Assembly: GCF_009914755.1 (NCBI RefSeq)
Contig: NC_060934.1
DNA length: 64,000 nt
Origin: the human T2T-CHM13v2.0 reference genome, Homo sapiens
Strand: one strand, 5' to 3'
Shown here: positions 57,661 through 64,000 of the stretch, piece after piece
Layout: every line of letters starts with the position of its first letter
How positions within the stretch are numbered: the stretch's first letter is position 1
Notes under the pieces: generated by a model
Databases searched by the model: none
The model's input: the letters and a program-made list of their open reading frames with translations, nothing else
Told to the model about the DNA's origin: nothing
Made by a program: the position numbers and the translations under genes

Positions 57661-59939
57661 ATAATTCACTACATTATACAACAAAAATAGAATCAATGAG
57701 CCTTTCCAATAATCAGGTTATGTTCTTGAACACCATGTTACACCAAAAGGAACCATATTCCTTATAGAAATTACTAACGGTTCAAGACAGGGAGAATACA
57801 AAATTAATATATCAGAAAGTTTATCATATCAAAAAGCAGAAAAGTTATAAAGGACTCTTAAATGTAAGCCAAAAGGACTGAGAAGCCAACCTGGCCTAAG
57901 TGGAAAAAGCTGAGCATCAGTAAGGATAATAGCAGAAATTAGTTGAAATATATAAAATGTGTTTTAATCCATGAGTATATAATGATGCCAAAACGAATGA
58001 ATAAATAGATGAATGAATAATATAAAAGCAAACAAATCAACATAAAAGTTTTAATAGGTCATTTTTGGAGGGTGCTAATGAGCCATTTCATTATTTTGAA
58101 AATTGGTAAATAAAGTAAAAGAATCAAGAGTTTATCCTATTTTTCCCATGTGATCCGTATCTAAGGGTAACAAAGACTTAACAAGCATCACAAAAGCAGA
58201 GACAAATGAACATTGTATATCTCCTAATGGAAGTACCTACCATCTATGAAATCCTTTTAAAAAAATTTGCACCTGAATATAATTCAAACTCCAGATCTAT
58301 CAATTTGCAGACAATAGAAGGTTTAGAAAAACATATTAAGAAATACTACAGGGAAAAACCAGCAAAATCCAGACTAAAAAAATCTATGAAACAGACAACC
58401 CAATTTTACTCAATTAAAAAATAATGAAAAGGTGGGGGGAGGAATTAATAATACAGTGTTCCACATATATTAATGTGTATTTGTAACAACTGTAATTCTT
58501 ATTAAAATGCAGATTCAGACTCAGTACTCATGTTCCTACCTAACCTCTAGTGTACTGAACCTCTTACAACACAGAAGAGGGCTAAAAAAAAAAAAAGATA
58601 TTTAAGAGACTTATCAATCAGTTAAATATAAGCACATAATTTAGATTGTGATTCAAACAAACATTAAGAAAAAATTGGTAAACAACAAAATGAAAATGCT
58701 AAATATTAGATTACATACAACAGTTTTCTTTAGCATTTGGTAATTGTATTGTGGATATGTTTTTTGAGTCTTTATCTTTTGGAAATTCAGTGTGAAATAT
58801 TTATAGCAAAATGATATGAAATCTTGGATTTGCTTCAAAATAATCTTGGGAATGGTAGGGTGGCAGACAGTGAAGAAGTTAGAAATAAAAAAATATTGGT
58901 AATGTGTTGCTAAGAGTTTAAGTAGGATGGTTGATACATTGGTTTTATTATACTGTTTTCTCTGTTTCTAAATTGACAGAAAAATTACAAAATCAAAAAC
59001 TATTTACAAAAATCATCAGGGATTAATAAACATAAGTCTGATTTTTAGGTTAGAGACAAGCAGCATAGAAACAAATAAACACATAAATTTTTAAGTGCAT
59101 AGCTTAAAATATAAACTAGCAAAAGATAACCTGTAGGAAAAGAAGAAAAATGAAAGTTAAAATAGAAATTATTCAATAATACAACAGAAAGCAATTCAAA
59201 TATAAATAGAATTATAATAAACAAAATAAACTCACCTATATTCTTGGATATTGGTATTCCAATGATCTCAGATTTGGAAAAATCAATAACATATTTTCTA
59301 TAATAGGTACACTTAAAGCAAAAGGAATCAAAAAGAGTCAAAATTTAAAGAATTGAAAAGTTACACAGGAAAAAAAAATATAGACCAAAGAGGCTGTGAT
59401 AGCAGTTTTAAATTTTGTAAAAATAAAATTTAAGGTAGAAATTACCATAATGCACTATGGTATCTTTTGACATTGGTTATAAAAAAAGAATAATAGAGAA
59501 TATACTTCTAAAATATAGCCTCAAATTATATAAAGTGACAACTGATAGAAATTAGAGATTTTTAAACACCTCTTTTAGAACTTAATAGATGAAGCAGATA
59601 ATAATAAAGACACAAATATCTTGATATTTCTTTAGAACTCTTTGATTGAATAATAAAATTTACATGCTTGAGTTATTAGTTATACAAAAAAAATCTATAC
59701 TTGAGAAAGAAACTATTATATATGAGGGCATATGGAACATTTACATTTACATTTCTCCCACAAAGTAAGCCTAAATAAATTGTAAAGAATCAATACCTTA
59801 CAGACTATTTTCTCTGATCTTAATGCAATAAAATTAGAAAATATTAATTAAAAATTGCTAAAAATCAAATTTTAGAAAATAAAATATTAATTCATAACTC
59901 TTTAGTTAATTAGAGATCATGAGGAATATTGTAAAGTAA

Positions 59940-60729
59940 AAATTAAATAGTTCATGCCAGTATCTGTGGGATGAAGCTAATACAGTACTTAGAGGGGAAA
60001 ATATACCTTAAATGCATGTATCAGAAATCAAGAAAAGTTGAAAACAAATGAGCTAAGCATTTATTTCAGTAAGTTGAAGGGTAAGCAATAGAGCTCAACC
60101 ACAAAAATACAAATAATAAAATAATCATGATGAAGACAGACTCATATCTCAATGAAGAACAAAGAGGTAAAGTGAAAGAGAAAGTGAGAAAGGAGTTACC
60201 AAAAAGTACAAAGTGTAAAAAGCAAAAATTTTTTAAATATTATTTTTAAAACACATGCATACATTTGAAAATCTACATAAAACTGATAAATTTTCAGACA
60301 CCCTAAAATGAAAAATTGGTGCAAGAAAAAATAGGAAACAAAGAGACAATTATGCACCAAATAAATTGAAACTGTAATCAAAGATCTCTCTTTCTAAAAT
60401 GCCCTGGACCTTCATAGTTAAAGAGATGCCTTCTACTAAGCTTCCAGCAATCTGGTTGTGATGATTAATTTTATGTGTCCACTTGACTGGATTAAGGGAT
60501 ACCCAGGTAGCTGGGTACCCCAAATTAAGTAGTTCATGTCGGCATTTGTGGGATGAAGCTAATACAATACTTAGAGGGGAAAATATATCTTTAAATGCAT
60601 ATATCAGAAAGCAAGAAAAGTTGAGAACAAATGAGGTAAGCATTTATTTCAGTAAGTTGAAGGGTAAGCAATAGAGCTGAACCACAAAAATAAAAATAAC
60701 AAAACAATGATGATGGGGACAGACTCATA
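59940..60729 (+). repeat. ~207-bp dispersed direct repeat (59940-60146 and 60522-60729)
   Basis: Manual alignment: about 18 substitutions and 1 indel (~91% identity). Confidence 0.93.
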
Positions 60730-61090
60730 CTGGCATTCTGGGTGTGTCTGTGAGGGTGTCTCCAGAAGAGATTGGTGTTGGAACCAATGGACTGAATAAG
60801 GAAGATCCACTCTCAACCAATGTGGCAGACGCTATTTAATTGGATGAAGGACTGGATAGAACAAAAGGGCAGAAGAAGGACAAATTTTTTCTTTCTCTTC
60901 TGGAGGTGTGACACCCTTCTTCCTCTGCCCTTGGACATTAGAACCCCAAAGTCTTTGGCCTTCAGATACTGGGACTATCACCAGGAGCCCTCTGGATCCT
61001 CAAGCCTTCAACCGCCAACTGAGAGTTACACCATCAGTTTCCCTGGTTCTGAGGCTTTGAGCCATGCTACCAACTTCGCTGGCTCCCTGG
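60457..61090 (+). mobile_element. MLT2B/D-like ERV-L LTR interrupted by a local duplication
   Basis: TGTGATGATTAATTTTATGTGTCCACTTGACTGG... resumes CTGGGTGTGTCTGTGAGGGTG...CTGAGAGTTACACCATCAG. Confidence 0.85.
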
Positions 61091-63279
61091 CTAGTATAAC
61101 CTTGACTCCAAAACATGACAAGGAAAAAAGAAGAGAAAAGAGAAGCAAAAGGAAGAGAAAAGAAGAGAAGAAAATTTTAGGTGCATGCTGCATAAAACAT
61201 AGTTAAAAATATCCTCCATAAAATATTAGTTATATAAATTAAAAATTGTACTCAAAGAAAACATCATGATCCCAGGAAAGCAAGTATCAATTTTTATTAG
61301 AAAATGTATCAATATATTTCTCCAAACAAAAAGGAGAAATCATATTATCTTAAAAGTTTCAGAAAAACAATTTGGGAATTTTAATACCCATTTGAAATTT
61401 AAACAAAAATACTGTTGGCAAACAAAGAACAGTCAACAACTTTCTTTGGCAAGGGTTATATAAGAAAAACATATAGAAATTTAATACTTAATAGAGAAAC
61501 ACATTATTATGAAAATAATTTTAGATATTATTCCTTACATATTGGGGCAACCACACAGATACTCACTTTTACCACTGTTTTCTAACAAACTCTTAGAGAA
61601 CCTGGTGAATGCTTTAAGGAAGGAAAAATAATTACAACTGTGAGGATTGGAGGGAAAGTGTTAAAAATGTAAATGTTTTCAAACTATATGGTCATCTACA
61701 CAATTAACAGATTCAACAAATTTTAAACTAATAAGATAATTCAATAAGGTTAATGAGATTTTAAAAATCAGTTAATGAAAATCTAAAGCATGTGTCATGA
61801 CTACTAATGTCCAGCACAAAATAAGTCTAAGAATGTTCATAGCAACTTGTCAATGAACTTAAACAAAACAATCCAAATGTTTATCAATAGGAGAATGGGA
61901 AAACGAATTGTGGTGTATTCACACACTGAAATACTACTCAAGAACGAAAAAAGAATAAACCATCATAAATAAATCTCACAAAAAAAATGTGTTGAACAAA
62001 AGAATGCAGACACAAAAAAGTACATAATATATGGTTCTAGTTACACAAATTCATATAAATGGTAGAAGACATGAAGGAGCCTTTGGAATTCTTGAAAGCT
62101 ACTACATGTTGGTTTGAGCTATATTTATACAGCTATATACAAAAATAAAAATTCATTAAGCTGTATTCTTCAGGTTTATGCAATTTACTATATGTATTTT
62201 ATACCCCTATTAAAAGTAAATAATCAGTAACATTTCTTTATATGAGCAATAACATAATAGAAAATATAATAAATGAAAAAGGCTATTCATAATAGTACCA
62301 AAGGTACTATAAATAATCCAGGACTTAAAAGATAATACAAAAGACTTTTAAGGATAAGATTTTTAAATCATAAAAGAACATAAAAAAATTTGAATATGTG
62401 GGGAGACATTCCTTACTCTTGGTTGTAATGACTTACTAATATAAAAATATTCATGTTCCCTGAATTTTTTGAAGAAGATAATAAATTTGTTTTACAATTA
62501 ACATGGAGAAACAAATATAAACAAATAGTTAAATAAAATATGAAAACAAAAAGCAAAGGAGTGGACTTACATTACGAGCTACTGACATACTACAAACACA
62601 TTATAATAAAATTTTTTTACTCGCACAGGAATAGACAAATATAACAGAATAATTAGCCCAGAGACAGATCACTCTTATATATAAAAGTTGTGCTACAAAT
62701 CAGTGGAGGAAGAAACAGGTATTTAGTAGATCTTGTGGAAGGAAACTTGCTCACTATATGGAAAAATAAAATAAAACTGATCCTCCACTTAAGATCATAA
62801 ACATAGAGAGATATGGGATGAATTAAACACACAAATGTGAAAGGTAAGACTACAAATTAAAACAACTATAAGATCTGCGGGAAACAACTATAAGATCTGA
62901 GGGGAAAAAAATGACTTGAAGGCATAGAGAATGAATAAACAAGAAAACGCCAGAGAGGAAAAGGAAATAGCATGCAGTGAGCTTTTTTAATTTTTAAATT
63001 ATTTTTTTTAAGTATGAGAGCAAACCACAGTGAGGACTATGTGAGTTGGTTAAAACTTTGACATAAAATACAGAGATTATCTTGCTAGAAAAACCAGAGG
63101 ACAAGGTTCAGTGCAACGACCATAGTAGGAAAATGAGGGGGAAAATTTCAGAAAGTCAAACTCTGAAGAAAGGAAGCCCCAAGTTTTTGGCATACTGATA
63201 CTCTACACAAATCTGTAGCTGATGCTTGAACATATACATGAAGTAGACTTCATACCCTAATTAATGATAAAAGAACTCT

Positions 63280-63585
<306 letters not shown>

Positions 63586-64000
63586 TAACTTGTATAACAT
63601 ATCATTCTCAATGTCCAGGGTACAATTCAAAATTACTTAAAATATGAAGTAACAACATAATGCTGGCCATTCTCAATTGAAAAGATAATCAATGGAGACC
63701 AAACCTCTAATGACTCATATGTTGAATTACTAGAGCATTTTAAATTATTTATTATAAATACATTCAATTATGTAAAGGAAAATATGCTCATGGTGAATGA
63801 AAAGACAAAGAAACAAAACCTATAGAAAGAAATTGATGGAAATTCTAGAATTAAAAATACAGTATCTGAAATAAAAATTTCACCACCTAGCTTAACATTA
63901 GAATGCAAATGACAGAGAAAAGAGAAGATAGGTAAGTAGAAATTATTTGATCTGAAGATGAGAAAAAAAATAGGGGGAAAAGGGAACAGGGCTTTCAGAA

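Overview
AT-rich, CpG-depleted primate (human/great-ape-like) genomic DNA made almost entirely of interspersed repeats. It contains many L1 pieces of different ages (L1M/L1MA/L1PB/L1PA), about a dozen Alu/FLAM copies, L2, MIR, hAT-type MER DNA transposons and solo LTRs (MLT2A, THE1, MER66-like). There are two decayed proviruses: a gamma-like gag-pol-env ERV at ~25.8-33.7 kb carrying nested insertions, and a near full-length HERV-L (MLT2A LTR) at ~50.4-56.7 kb on the minus strand. No intact protein-coding gene, RNA gene or CRISPR array can be supported; the listed ORFs are repeat-derived or spurious. The most interesting signals are: (i) short AG...GT-bounded, partly phase-compatible, stop-containing exon-like segments in the few unique islands (possible decayed host gene, unidentified, low confidence); (ii) a palindromic fold-back junction replacing the HERV-L 5' LTR; (iii) a ~205-bp local templated duplication inserted into an MLT2 LTR; (iv) four 5'-inverted (twin-primed) L1s and one internally deleted L1 with an intact TSD. 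Repeat subfamily names come from my recollection of consensus sequences and need RepeatMasker/Dfam confirmation. I found no convincing new biological system.
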